Assembly (NCBI RefSeq): GCF_004010195.1
Contig: NC_057718.1
Span: 48,024,507-48,088,506 of the forward strand
Source: Chiloscyllium plagiosum
Taxonomy: Eukaryota
Direction of reading: 5' to 3'
Length of the DNA stretch: 64,000 bases
Below are positions 12,200-26,012 of this stretch, in pieces (position 1 is the first letter of the stretch; each line of letters starts with the position of its first letter). A program made the position numbers and the translations under genes. The notes below the pieces were generated by a model, which saw nothing but the letters and a program-made list of their open reading frames with translations, did not search any database and was not told where the DNA came from.

Positions 12200-13705
12200 T
12201 AATATTGGTATTCACCCAGAAATATGGAAAATTGCCCAGGTATGTCCTGTGCACAAAATGTAAGATAAACCTACACCAATTTCCAGTTGTTCAGTCTTAA
12301 CATCAATTTTCAGCAAAGTGAGAATCAATTGATTAGAGTCAATTCTAGGACAAAGGAAGGTGATTGTATGTCCTGTGCACAAAATGTAAGATAAACCTAC
12401 ACCAATTTCCAGTTGTTCAGTCTTAACATCAATTTTCAGCAAAGTGATGGAAAAGTTATCAACAGTACTATCATGTAGCACTTCCTCAGCACTAACCTAC
12501 TCCATGCTGCTCAGTTTGGGTTCTGCCAGGACACTCCATTCCATATTTCATTATAACCTTTCCACACAGACAAAAAGCTGAATTTCCCAGAGTTGAACTA
12601 AGAGTGACTGCTCTTGACATAAAGGCAGCTTTTGACCATGTATGGAATCAAGAAACCATAGCAAAATTGGAATCAGTGAGAATCAATTGATTAGAGTCAA
12701 TTCTAGGACAAAGGAAGGTGATTGTGGCTTTGGAAGTCTATTAGTTCAGTCCCAGGACATTGCTGCAAGAGTTCCTCAGGGAAGTGTTATCGGCCCAATC
12801 ATCTTCGGCCAAATTGTCAAGCAGCTTCCTTCCATTATAAGATCAGAAGTGTGGATATTTACTGATGATTGCGCATTACTATTCATAGTTCCTCATCAGA
12901 CACTGAAGCAACTTATGCTCATGTGCAACAAGACCTAGACAATATCCAGGTTTGGTTTGATAAATGGCAAGCAAAATTCATGTCACACAAGTGCCAGCAA
13001 TGACTCTCCAAAGAGGGAGAATCTAACTTTTGCCATATATATTTAATAGCATTACCATTGCTGAATCCCCCATTATCAATATTCTGGGGATTACCATTGA
13101 CTAGAAAATTAACTAGATCAGCCATATAGACTGTCCACAAGAGAGGGATAGAGGCTTGGAATTCTGTTCCATGTAACTCACTCTCTGCCCACCATCTACA
13201 ATTCAGGAATATGTTGGAATATTCTTTACTTGACTGAAAACTCAATAATACTCAAGAATCTCAACACTATCCAAGACAAAGTGAATACTTGATTGGCACT
13301 TTATTCACCATTTTCCCCATTCACTCCCATGCACAGTGCAGCAGTGTGTATCATCTATAAGATGTATTGCAGTAATTCACCAAGACTCGTCTGACAGTGT
13401 CTCTCAAACAAATTACCTCTGTCACCTCAAATGGCAAGGGCTACTGATGCAGTAGAGTACGACCACCTGAAAGATTCCCAGCAAGCCACACACCATTCGG
13501 TTTAGGAACTGTATCAGTGTTCCTTCGCTGTTGCTGGATCAATATCCAAGGCATCCTTCCCTAAATAGCAGTGCAAATGTACATATACTCCAAAGACTAT
13601 TAAAGTTCAAGAAGGTAGCTCCTCACCATTTTATGAAGAGAGAATTGAGATGGATAATAAATGCTGCCTAAACTAGCGATGACGAAATCCCATAAATTAA
13701 TTTTG
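12200..13705 (+). mobile_element. CR1/L2-clade LINE, 3' part of ORF2 (RT) and tail, degenerate
   Basis: VPQGSVIGP and FTDD RT motifs (ORF 12642-12938); tail ttcaagaaggtagctcctcacc. Confidence 0.75.
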
Positions 13706-13929
13706 AAAATGCCTTCAATAGAAATGAGGGTAAGGTGCTGACATATGCCGCTCCATAGTGCATTATGTAAGCACTTGTGAGCTAAACCTACAGATTTAGC
13801 CACTCCAGGCAAGTTCAAACATTACGGTAATTAGTAATCAGAATCAAAATTATGTGCTGAATGTAGACCTTCAAGCAAGCAGGCTTTATTAATTTGTTTG
13901 TGATTTATTTTCACCCATTGGAAAAAACC

Positions 13930-14380
13930 CTCTAAATCTAGGCTGATGCATCAAATGTACGGTTAGATGTACCCTACAAGGCCCTTCAGATGGAGACAAA
14001 AGATTCCCAAAGCACTATTTCAAGCTAAAGAGTAGGCAGGCTCTCCAAGTGATATACAAGCAGAAAATGCAAGAAATGTTCAACAGGTTCGTCAGCATCT
14101 GTGGAAAGAAAGAGAGTTAATGTTTTAAATTGATTACCTTTTCTTATCAGCCCTAATCTCTTACACTGTTCTAGCCAACGTTAATTTCATGACTAACATG
14201 TTCAAAACAGATTATCTGGTCTTTAGTTTATTATTCTTCGTGAGAACTTGCTGAGTGCAAATTAGCTGATATTTTAACACTTGAGGACAGAGGCTGCAAT
14301 TCACGATTACTATTTTGTTCTGTAAAGGATTTTAGAATGTCCAGTGGTTGTGAAAATAAAATTGCAAATCCTTCTTCTTC
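13930..14380 (+). mobile_element. SacSINE1/Deu-type SINE, degenerate
   Basis: aaatctaggctga...aaaacagattatctggtc...ttgctgagtgcaaattagctg...ctgtaaag matches the recalled Deu SINE body. Confidence 0.55.
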
Positions 14381-14799
14381 AGTCAGCATTAATCATGTAT
14401 CATTGATATTTTGCACTTACCTTAGAAGTTTAGGTTCCTATAACTGAGGATCTTTGTGACTTTAGAGCCCAGCTTTAAAGCTGTAAAGTTCAGAGAAGCA
14501 GAATACTTGTGATAAGGTAAAGAGAGATACTGAGGGTGAATTGAACTTTAAAACTAAGTTATCTAATTGTAAAACATTGCACTGATAAAGAATAGAAAAT
14601 GATAACATTCCAATTCCCTTCATAACCAATAGTAAACCAACAATTCATTGTTGGTCTATGAGTAACTTGTATTCCTGATAGCCTATCTGTAATTTGTAAT
14701 AATGTTACCTGTTGGTACATATTTTGAAAAATACAGAAAAAAATCTCCCTATACTCACAAGATGAAGTCTGTCTGTCCAGACATTATTAGTTTTTTTTG

Positions 14800-15440
14800 T
14801 CAGGTGTGACTCACTTGTCTTGGAATCAGAAAATTTTGTGCTCAAGTCTCAGTTACAGAGTTGAGCACAAAAGTATAGACTAACACTCCAGTTCTATACT
14901 GAGGAAGAATTGCCTTTCAGATAAGACATTAAAACACCTTTGCAGGTGGGGATAAAAAATTCCATTACATTATTTGAGGGAAAAGTGTGGGAGTTCTCTT
15001 TGATTTGCATGGTAATATTATACTCACGCCATTAAAATAAATTATTTGCCATTGCTTTAGTCATAAATGTTTTAGTCAGTCCAAAGGTGTGCAGGTTAGA
15101 TGGAATGGTCATACTGAAATTGTCCGTAGTGCTCACGGATGCATCGGCTAGTTCGATCAACCATGGTAAATGTGGGGTGACAGAATACGATAGGGGACTG
15201 GGTCTGGGGGGGGCGCTGTAGACTTGTAGGGCTGGTGCAGACTCAATGGGCTGAATGGCTTCTTTCTGCACTGTAGAGGTTCTATGATTCTACTGTTTGT
15301 GAACTTGTTGCTTGTAACTTGACTGCCTTGTTTCTTAAATGACAATGATGATTACACTTCACAAGTCCTTTAAAGATTTTAAATTAATTCTTTGGGACAC
15401 CTTACATTCTGAAAAATACAATAATTGTCAGTCTTATTTT
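14800..15440 (+). mobile_element. SacSINE1/Deu-type SINE with a nested HE1 SINE 3' part (~15075-15292)
   Basis: tRNA-like head ttggaatcagaa..tcaagtc and gcctttcagataagacattaaa; the insert begins cagtccaaaggtgtgcaggttag. Confidence 0.6.
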
Positions 15441-16740
15441 TCTCTCTAACATTTGTACGCCAGTTCCTGAGCTCAGATTTAATAAGTTGGAGTTTTCATA
15501 GCATGTTAAAAAGTACAGCACAAGAGGATCTCAAATGTTGCCTCCTTTTCCTATGGATCATTTAGTTCTCCATTTCAAATAATTAGCCCACTCCTATATA
15601 AGCAATGTTTTAACATTTACCTCAATGGCAACTTGTGACATGTCTAATAGTCTAATAGTCTTCACATCAAGAACATTTCCCTTCCTCTGTAGTTCTTTCA
15701 ATCTCAATTCTCACTATCATTGAAAATCATCTTTCACTATTTACTCATCATAATCTTGCTCTCACATTTTTATTTTTTGCCCTTATCTCTTTGAACCTTT
15801 TCTGGTGAAGGAAGTAGTGGTAAGAGCAAAATCATTTTCATGCAGAGAGTGGGACCTGGAGGTTACTGCCCAAGGAAATGGGGATTAAGAATGATTTCAA
15901 AGCATTTGAGCAAAATAACCTTACAGGGACAGAGTGGGAAAATAGAACTGGTTAGATTTCTGTACATACAAAGGGACAAATAGGCTCATTGGCCCACTTG
16001 TGTTCTGTACTGGTTCTACTATTGCTTCCACCTCTGAAATAGATGCTGGCCTGTGCCTACCTGATCCCCTGGTCACCCTTTCTTGCTCTCCCCATTCCCA
16101 TTTGACTGCCTGTACTGTGCAGTTCCTCACTTGATTGGTTCTGGCACAACCAGCCCTGTCTTTTGAGACCAATAGGGATGGTATGACATCACTGAGATGA
16201 AGGCTTCTGTGTAGCAGCACCTGTTGATGTCAAAGATCTAAGGATGGGAGTTGCTGTTCTATGAGAAATTTAAAGAATATGGAGCTACTGGGCTGCAAGC
16301 AACGATATCTGGAAAGATTGGAACACCTATAATTGCTGGACCTTAAAAACAAGCAAGTGACTCAAAAACAACAAGACATAGTAAAGCTAAATACTGTACT
16401 ACTTACACAATTCAAAAACATTATTTTTTTAATGGGCCTTGTTAACAGGTGCAGAAGAATGGGAAGGGTATATGCAAAACACTTTGTGTTCAATTACATA
16501 TGCATTTGTTTCTTCTCCTGCTATCTTCTATAGCAAAGTTTGGAAAATGTTTGGCAACAGTTGACCCAGAGGGGTTGTTGAGGTGATGCACAGGATCTGG
16601 GTAATAAAAGTAAACATTTTTTCAAACTGTAATTGTTTAAAAAAAAAGTATTGTAAGCAAGAAAAAGAAGTTTTCACAGGGGTTCCTAATTTAATTATGC
16701 ACTTGCCAAAACAAATCCGTAATGAGGCCCAGGCATGAAG

Positions 16741-17530
16741 TACCATCTATAATCGTGTAAAAGTCAAAATTTTTAGACATTTTTTAAGGTTAAGTTTATG
16801 GACTATTACATGGATGCTACTTTTGAGGAGCTGAAATTCAGGCTTTAGTCCAAAATACTGTATGATTAGCAGAAGCCTTCCTTTTGCCGATTTCTGATAA
16901 CTAACTGGTGAAACTCTTATCTAGTTCAGCAGGCAGCTTTTGTGCAATCTTGGTCCTCTGCTGAAATACTAAGTCATGCCTTCTCATGAACCTTGTGCAC
17001 CATCCAGCATTTGCCTTAAAATCTGAAATTCCATCCTTCTTTGATTTGGTTCGTGCGTGGATTCAGGTAGCTTCACGATTAACACATTTTCCAGTTTGAT
17101 CATTTTCACGTACCCGCTCAACAACTTTTTTCTCCAATTGTGCCACTTGCTAGGTTTACCTCTGTTAGAACACTTTTGTTTTAGCATTGTCTGAAGTTGG
17201 CTCGATATCTTTCTCTAGTCTCTCACAAGTTTCTCAGAAACACAAAAAAGGGAGGTTGTCACCTGACTCTGACCTGATGCGTCTTAAACTTTCATGCCAA
17301 ATTGGTGTGAATTGTACATCAAAACATATAGTAGCATGAAAAAAAATTAATTTCCTCACCATAACATTTATGTACAAGATAATACCTTGACTCACAAATG
17401 TTGATCTGTTATCTGTGAAGAACTAGGGTTGACTTTTACACAAGATATATGGAAAATTCCAGATTTTTTTGGCCAAAAATAGGGGGTCGACTTTTACGTG
17501 AGATCGACTGTTACTCTAGGATATATGGTA
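16741..17530 (-). mobile_element. Internally deleted pogo-superfamily DNA transposon with a POGK-like transposase N-terminal remnant
   Basis: Imperfect TIRs TACCATCTATAATCGTGTAAAAGTC / TACCATATATCCTAGAGTAACAGTC with TA ends. Minus-strand translation across a stop and a frameshift: FCVSEKLVRD*RK...ISDFKANAGWCTRFMRRHDLVFQQRTKIAQKLPAELDK (Brinker-like plus CENP-B-type HTH). Confidence 0.8.
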
Positions 17531-18039
17531 ATCAAATATGGATATATATTTCAAAGTATTAAATAATTACATCCAAACAAATGAAAAAAAGACAGAAACT
17601 TCCTCAGTAAAGGTTATTTTAGCTACCTTTATGTATGCTTGCACACCAACTGTGGCATCATCTTCTTCGGCAAAGGACTAGGAAACAGCAGATAATAGTT
17701 CTGTTGGTTACACCTAGATAGACATTATTTTAATCTCTGAATTCTATGCATTCTCGGATGCATTTCCTCTAACACAAGACAGCAAATTATATTCCAAGGC
17801 TTGTAAATGTTGTACTTATTTACATAATTAGGACATCAAACCAATTAGTTTACACTAGAGGATAGAAATTGGTTTAAGCCTGTTTTCAGGTAAAGAATGG
17901 CCATTGTATTTGGAATGCACACTCAATTGCATGGATCCAAATAAGAATCTTGATTAGTTAAATTAAAGTGGTTTGTCAGTGTTATTATTTATTGGCAGTT
18001 CGCCTAAGGACAGGGTATAGGGAGATAATAATAGATCAC

Positions 18040-18620
18040 TATGCGTATTCTATTTAAAGGTGGTGCTCTGAGCAGACTGTCAATGTTGTTTGGCAGAATG
18101 CCTGATCACCAGAACTTTCTGACAACCACCAAGACAAATCTTGGCTGGTGATGAGAAGGGCACTACCTGTCAGATCTTTCATGCACATCCAGACTCTCTC
18201 GGGCACTGAATGCTGCCCTTGAAGCAGCTGCAGGGGATTGGGGGTGGGTGGATGCAAACATTTGCACACTTCCTCCTGGAGTGTGCCTTTGCAAAGATCA
18301 TTTGGAGAGAATGCAGTGGTTTTTGTCAAGGTTCATCCTGAGTAGTTCCATGACACAGGACATTGCTCTACTGTCTTTTCTGGTTGGCACAGCAAGACAA
18401 ACAATGACTGCACCTGGAGGACTATCAAATCATTGAAAGGTGCTCATTTGTGTGCCTGAAACTTGCTGACCTCAAACAAGTTTTGTGGACTGGCACATTC
18501 CAAGATCCATGGGCTGAGGGAAGCACTAAAACTTGGGAAGTTGCCACCATTGTGCCATGGGGAAAGACCACCGACTAAGGTCTTTCTGCCAATGTAAAAT
18601 GAAAGGTCCTTTCAGTTCCT
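18040..18620 (+). mobile_element. Tx1/L1-clade LINE 3' fragment, degenerate
   Basis: tggctggtgatgagaagggcactacctgtcagatctttc (WLVMRRALPVRSF) followed by a Cys/His-rich zinc-finger-like stretch. Confidence 0.5.
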
Positions 18621-18954
18621 AGACCCCTTAGAGTCATAGAGTTATATAGCACTGAAACAGGCCCTTCAGCCTGACTTGTCCATGCTGACCAAGTTTCTGA
18701 AACTGAACTCGTCCAATTTGCCTGCGTTTGTCCCATTTCCCTCTAAACCTTTCCTATCCATTTCTAAATGCCTTTTAAATGTTGTAATTGTACTTGCTTC
18801 TACCAAATGTATATAAACATCTTTCCTGCATGAGTTAAAAACACCTTTTTTATTTGCAATTGCACAGTAGCGCAGGGATATCAAATTTCTGTATCATTTG
18901 TGTCTCTGTATTTCTCTCTGCAAAAACTGTATGGAATGAATTAAGAACCGAGAA

Positions 18955-19862
18955 TGTACAAGGTACAATTAGTACGTTTGCTGATGGCACTAAAATAGGA
19001 GGTATCATGGACAGTGAGGAAGGTTATCAGAAATTGCAGCAGGACCTTGACCTGCTGGAGAAGTGGGTTGAGAAATGGCACATGGAGTTTATTGTAGAAA
19101 AGTGTGAAGTCTTGCATTTTGGAAAGTCAAATCAAGGTAGGAGTGTCGTGGAAGAGAGGGATCTTAGACTTCAAGTTCACAGTTCTCTGAAAGTGGAGTC
19201 ACAGGTAGACAGGACAGTGAAGAAGGCTTTTGGTACACTGGCCTTCAGTCAGGGCACTAAGTAAAGAAGTTGGGAAGTTATGTTGCAGTTATACAGGACA
19301 TTGGTGAGGTCGCACTTGGAGGAGTGTCTTTAATTTTGGTTACTTTGTTATAGGAAGGATGTTATTAAACTGGAAAGCGGGCAGAAGAAATTTACAAGGA
19401 TGTTGCCTGGACTCAATGATCTGACTTATAGGGAGAGGTGAGACAAGCTACGTCTTTTTTCTTTAGAGTGTAGGAGACTGAGGGGTGGGACCTTATAGAG
19501 GTGTATAATATCATGAAAGGCATGATAGGGTGAATGCACTCAGTCTTTTTCTCAGGGCTGGGGAATTGAGGACTTGAGGGCATTAGTTTAAGGTTAAAGG
19601 GGAAAGAATAAAAGAGATCCTGAAGGGCAATGTTTTTACACAGAGAGTGGTACACATATGGAATGAGGTACCAGTGGAAGTTGTTGAGGTGGGTATAGTA
19701 ACATTTAAAAGGCATGTGGACAAATACTTGGAAAGTAAAGGATTAGAAGGATATCGGCCAAGTGCAGAGAAATGGGGTTAGTGTGGGTGGACATTTTGGT
19801 CGGCATGGACCGGTTTAGGCCAAAGGGCCTGTCTCCTTGCTGTAGCACTCTATGATTCTATT
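18955..19862 (+). mobile_element. CR1 LINE 3' part (RT C-terminus and tail); an inverted CR1 tail precedes it at 18630-18800
   Basis: FADGTKIGG...LQQDLD..KW.MEF..EKCEVLHFG; ends in ctctatgattcta. Confidence 0.85.
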
Positions 19863-19949
19863 ATTCTAACCCTTCATAATTGATTACAGTTTTTTTTATG
19901 AATGAAGTATATTTTTGCAAGAAAAGAAATAAAAAGACAGTCTGCAACT

Positions 19950-22900
19950 TTTAAAGAGGAGGTAACGTTTGACTGCAGACAACTATTATCTGAAGACTGC
20001 TGACAATGAAGGAGTGAGTTATGGGCATCATTAATCTTTTCTCCCAACATTTTGTGGCTGTTCTGTCCTGACATTCTTCTGGCTTGTCAGGTGTTGAGAG
20101 GTGATTTGTACTTGACACATTTTGGTAATACCCCTTTCCTCAGGCATTCATGTAGGAAATACAGTTGTTCGCGGGTGGCACTCAGTCGGATGGCGTTGGT
20201 TCCCCATCTTTGAGCTTGTTTGAGCGTATTGCGCCCATAGATGTTTGTGATTTTTGAGAAGATCTGTAGCTCAGGTTGAGGTTCAGATTGTAAGTTTGCT
20301 CGCTGAGCTGGTAGGTTTGTTCTCAGATGTTTTGTCACAATGGTAGGTAACATCATCAATGAGTCTCTGGTGAAGTGCTGGTGTTAAGTCCCACTTTCTA
20401 TTTATTTGTCTTGGTCTGTTAAGGTGGATGGTATCATTTTCAGTGATATCAAATCACCTTCAACGACAAGACCTACAAACAAATCAACGGGACACCCATG
20501 GAATCTCCAATATGAATATTCTTAGCAGAAACAGTAATGCAGAGACTCGAATGTACAGCCCTCCCAATGATCCAACCCAAGCTTTCAGTCTGCTATGTGG
20601 GTGGCACCTGTGTCATCACTAAACGGAACAAATTAGAGCAATTCTACAATATCATCAACAACATCTTTACTGGCATAAATTTCATCAATGAGGAAGAGAC
20701 CAACAACAGACGCCCCTTCCTAGATGTCACAGTGGAATGAACAGTCAATGGAGAACTACAGACCAGCATCTACAGGAAAGCAACACACACACAACAGATA
20801 CTCAACTACAGGAGCAATCATCCCAACACCCACGAACGGAGCTGCATCAGGACATTATTTAAATGGGCCACAACACATTGCAGCACCCAGGAAGTATGAG
20901 CTGCAGAAGAACAGTGGGTACTCGATATACACAGTCTGCCGATGAACCTAAAGGACCCTATAGCAACAACCAGCAAAACAAATGTCATTTACAAAATACC
21001 GTGCAAGGACTGCAACAAGCATTATATTGGAAAGATAAGCAGGAAACTAGCCACCTGGATACACGAGCACCAACTAACCACCAACAGACATGACCAACTA
21101 TCACTAGTATCCTCACATACAGACGAACAAGGACAACATATCCATCTAGGACAAGCTAAACAGAGACACACATGGGAATTTCGAGAGGCCTGGCATTCAT
21201 ATCAGAACTCCATCAATAAACACATCGATTTGAACCCCATTTACCAACCTCTGAGAAAAAGAACTGGAAATGATATCATCCACCTAAAATGGGAAACCAA
21301 TGCTATCCGACTGAGCGCCACCCACGAACAATTGTATTTCCTACATAAATGCCTCAGGAAGCAGGTATTACCAAAATGTGACAAATACAAACCACCTTTC
21401 AACTTCCCACAAGCCAGAAGAATATCAGAACAGACCGGACACAGAACGTTGCGAGAAATGATTAACAATACCCACAACTGACTCCACGGGAAATTTTGCG
21501 CCAAAAGACTTTGTACATCTACACGACTGACCAGGAATGGACAAGCACGTTAGAACGCGCCATCAGCATCAAACAACAACAGACCAAGGCAAAGAAAAAA
21601 CTATCCCTACAAGAAAAGCTGGACAAGCTCGCACAAAAGAACAAGACAGACAATTCAGAAGCTTGGATTAAGAACCCGTTGAATTGACCACGAACAAACA
21701 TGGAGAATGCCGTCCTAGTAAGAGGGATGAACTACAACTACAGAGACATGGACAAAAAGGACTTCCTAGCAGCATTGGAATCAGCCCTAGAAGACAATGG
21801 ACTCAAGAAAGAAACCCAGCACACCATCAGACAGCAGCACCAACACTAAGCAGGAAGAAAGAAGAGAACACCCTCAACACACAGGAAAGGTAAGCCCTAA
21901 AAGGACTCAGAAAAGACAGAAATATTGTAATCCTACCTGCAGACCGTAATCCTAAACAGAACACAATACATTGAAAAGCTGAACCCACTGCTCACAGATA
22001 CCAACACCTACCAACAGATGGCGATGGAGCCGACTCCACAGCTAGAAAACTGTATCATAGCATAACCGAAGAAACTCCAGACATCAGGTAAAATTAACAA
22101 AACAGATCTCCAAAGAAAGAAACCTGAAGGATCCAACATACCCTGCTTCTATGGATTACCTAAGATGCACAAACCAAGGGCCCCCCTCAGACTCATTGCC
22201 TCACCCCCTGGCACACCGACATACAAACTAGCAAAAGAAATTCACCATAAACAGAAATACCTTGTAGAAGACTCATGCCACTCAACCCATTCACCCAAGA
22301 ATTGTTGAACGTCATCAAAGATACCAAGATAGAAGAGGACAAAGGCATGGTCTCCTTCGATGTATTGGTTCTATTCACATCAATTAACATCAGCCTGGCC
22401 AAAAAAACACTGACCTCACTACTAGATGAACCAAGGACACAAACACCAGACAGCACCAACTGCATCAACCAGGACAGAATCCTCAAGCTAGTAGATCTGT
22501 GCCTCACTACCCACTTGATCTTCAACGACAAGACCTACAAACAAAACAACAGGATACCCATGGAATCACCAATATCAAGATTCTTAGCAGAAGCAGTCAT
22601 GCAGGGACTCGAACGAACAGCCCTACCCATGATCCACAACCCAAGCTTTCAGTCTGCTATGTGGCTGACACCTTTGTCATCATGAAATGGAACAAATTAG
22701 AGGAAACCTACAATGTCATCAATAGCATCCTTACTGGCATAAATTTCACCAAAAAGGAAGAGAACAACAACAGACTCCCTTTCCTAGATGCCACAGTGGA
22801 ACGAACAGTCATTTGAGAAATACAGACCAACGTGTATAGGAAAGCAACACACTTAGACCAGATACTCAACTATAAGAGCAATCATCCCAACCCCCACAAA

Positions 22901-25900
22901 CTGAGCTGCATCAGGACATTATTTAAATGGGCCACAATACATTGCAGCACCCAGGAACTGTGAGCAGCAGAAGAAAAATACTTACACAGCATATTCAAGA
23001 ACAGCAGGTACCCGATAAATGGAGTCCGCCAATTCTTAAACAACGTACTCAAACAAGAAGACACAACATGCCCAGAGACTCTTGCCACACTTCAATCCTA
23101 TCTGGTCTAGTAGCCTGTATCTCAGTATTCTCCTCGACAACATTGTCTTTTTCTAGTGCGAATACTGATGAAAAATATTCATTTAGTACTTCTCCTATCT
23201 CCTTGGACTCCATACACAACTTCCCACTACTGTCCTTGATTGGCCCTAATGTTACTCTAGTCATTCTTTTATTCATGATATACCTATAGAAAGCTTTAGG
23301 GATTTCCTTGATCCTATCTGCCAATGACTTCTCATGTCCCCTCCTGGCTCTTCTTAGCTCTATCTTTAGGTCCTTCCTGGTTAACTTGAAACTCTCAAGT
23401 GCCCTAACTGAGCCTTCAACTCTCATCCTACCATAAACCTTCTTCTTTCTCTTGACAATAGATTCAACTTTTTTAGTCAACCACGGCTCCCTCTCTCGAC
23501 CACTTCCTCCCTGCCTGACAGGTACGTACTTATCAAGGACACACAGTAGCTGTTCTGTGAATAAGCTCTACATTTCAATTGCGCCATCCACTGCAGTTTC
23601 CTTCCCTATCCAATGCATTCTAAATCTTGCCTAATCGCATCATAATTGCCTTTTCCCCAGCTATAAATCTTGCCCTTGGTATATACCTATCCCTTGCCAT
23701 CACTAAAGTAAACATAACCGAATTGTGGTCATTATCACCAAAGTGCTCACCTACCTCCGAATCTAACACCTGGCCGGGTTCATGACCCAGTATCAAATCT
23801 ATTGCAGCCTCACCCCTTGTTAGCCTGTCTACATACTGTGTCATGAAATCCTCCTGCACATATTGGACAAAAACTGACCCATCTAAAGTACTGTAACTAT
23901 AGTATTTCCAGTCAATATTTGGAAAGTTAAAGTCCCCCCATAACAACTACCCTGTTACTCTCCCTCCTATCCAGAAACATCTTTGCTATCCTTTCCAATA
24001 TATCTCTGGAACTATTCGGAGGTCTATAGAAAACTCCCAACAGGATGATCTCTCCTTTCCTATTTCTAACCTCAGCCCATTCTACCTCATAGACGAGTCC
24101 TCAAATGTCCTTTCTGCCACCGTAATACTGTCCTTAATTTACAATGCCACACCTCCCCCTCTTTTACTGAAACATCTAAATCCTGGAACCTGCAACAATC
24201 ATTTCCTCTCTATCCGTGTCTCTGGAATGGCCACAACATCACGGTCCCAGGTAACGGCCCATGTTGCCAGTTCACCCACCTTATTTCGGATGCTCCTGGC
24301 GTTGAAGTAGACACTTCAAACCTCCTTCTTGCTTACGGCGAACTCTTACGACCTTGAAACCTTATTTCTGACCTCAATATTCTCAACCTCCTAAACATTG
24401 GAATTGCAATTTAGGTTCCCATCCCCTTGCTGAATTAGTTTAAACCCTCTCGAAGAGCGTTAGCAAATTTCCCTCCCAGGATATTGGTATCCCTCTGGTT
24501 CAGGTGTAGATCATCCTGTTTGTAGAGGTCCCACCTACCACAGAATGTTCCCCAATTATCCAGGTATCCAAAACTCTCCCTTCTGCACCATCCCTGTAGC
24601 CATGTCTTCAACTGATCTTTCTCCCTATTCCTCGCATCTTGGGTAACAAACCAGAGATAAACAACTCTGATTATTCTAGCTCTAGGCTTCCACCCTAGTT
24701 CCCTGAATTTCTGTCTTAAGTCCCCATCCCTTTTCCTATCTATGTCGTTAGTGCCTATGTGGACCACGACTTGGGGCTGTTCCCCCTCTCCTTAAATGCC
24801 CTGAAAACATGATCCGAGACATCACGGACCCTGACACCTGGGAGGCAACATACCAACCATGAGTGTCTCTCGTTCCCACAGAACCTCCTATCTGACCCCC
24901 TAATTATGGAGTCCCCAATGACTAATGCTGTGTTCCTCTCCTCCCTTTCATTCTGAACAACAGGGACAGACTCTGTGCCAGAGATCTGTACCTCATGGCT
25001 TACCCATGGTAAGTTGCTCCCCGCCCCCCCCAAACAGGATTCAAAAAGGTACACTTGTTATTGAGGAGAACGGTCACACGGGGTCCCTGCACAGTTGCCT
25101 TTCTGTCCCTGACTGTAACCCAACTGCCTTTTTCTTGTACCTAGGGTGTGACTACTTCCCTGCAACTCCTCTCTGTAACTCCCTCCACCTCCTGAATGAT
25201 CTGGAGTTCATCCAGCTCCAGTTCCAGTTTCCTAACACGGTTTTTGAGGAGCTGGAGTTGGGTGCACTTCCAGCAAATGAAGTCAGCAGGGAACTAGTGG
25301 TGACCCTTACCGCCCATATTCTGTAGGAGGAACATTCAACTGCCCTAACCTCCATTCCCACTATTCTAAATTCCCAAAGAGAGTATTGAAAAATAAAGAA
25401 AAGAAAAAGTCACCTTACCAATCCGATGCACAGAACTCTTTTTTTTTGGTTAGAGGAGGATGGGTGGGAGACACCACCGAAATAGTATTTTGGGTAACGC
25501 AACAGCCCAAATGTATTACTTCGCTTACTCAGCAGTCCCATGTCCGCTCCTGCTCAGTGTGCACTCTGCCTATTCACGAGTTAACTTTTTAAAGCAGTCA
25601 CTTCCTGGCAGTCCCCTGGTTGTCACTCCCACTCTTCCTGCTGCTAAACAAAAATGGATGGCCCCGATACAAAGAAGGACACCACTTTGACTGGGACATC
25701 ATATCCATCCTAAGACAGGGTAAACAGAGACATACACAGGATTTCCGAAAGGCCTGGCATTCAAATTGGAACTCCATCAATAAATGCATTGATTTGGGCC
25801 CCCTTTACCAATCTCTGAGAAAAAGACCCGGAAATGTTATCACCCACCTTAAGACACATAAATAGAAAGCAGGACAGAACACCAGTGCTTCACCGCAGGC

Positions 25901-26012
25901 TCACGGATGATGTTACAAAGCATGGTGATGAAATGTCTGAGAACAAGCCTACCAGCTCAGCGAGCAAACTTACAACCTGAACCTCAACCGAGCTACAAAT
26001 CTTCTCAAAAAT
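19950..26012 (+). mobile_element. Tandem, partly inverted Penelope-like element (family B) with RT and GIY-YIG remnants, interrupted by a CR1
   Basis: VIYKIPCKDCNKHYIGK (GIY-YIG), MVSFDV..LFTSI, PMESPIS and YVADTF RT motifs; inverted segment ~20060-20440; pLTR tail 25670-26012. Confidence 0.85.
23091..25650 (-). mobile_element. CR1 LINE 5' portion: ORF1 (SGNH esterase) and ORF2 endonuclease; 3' end missing
   Basis: VIGDSIIRG and VHIGTNDI (esterase blocks); GDFNFPNIDW and GDNDHNSV (APE domain); KAFYRYI linker. Confidence 0.85.
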
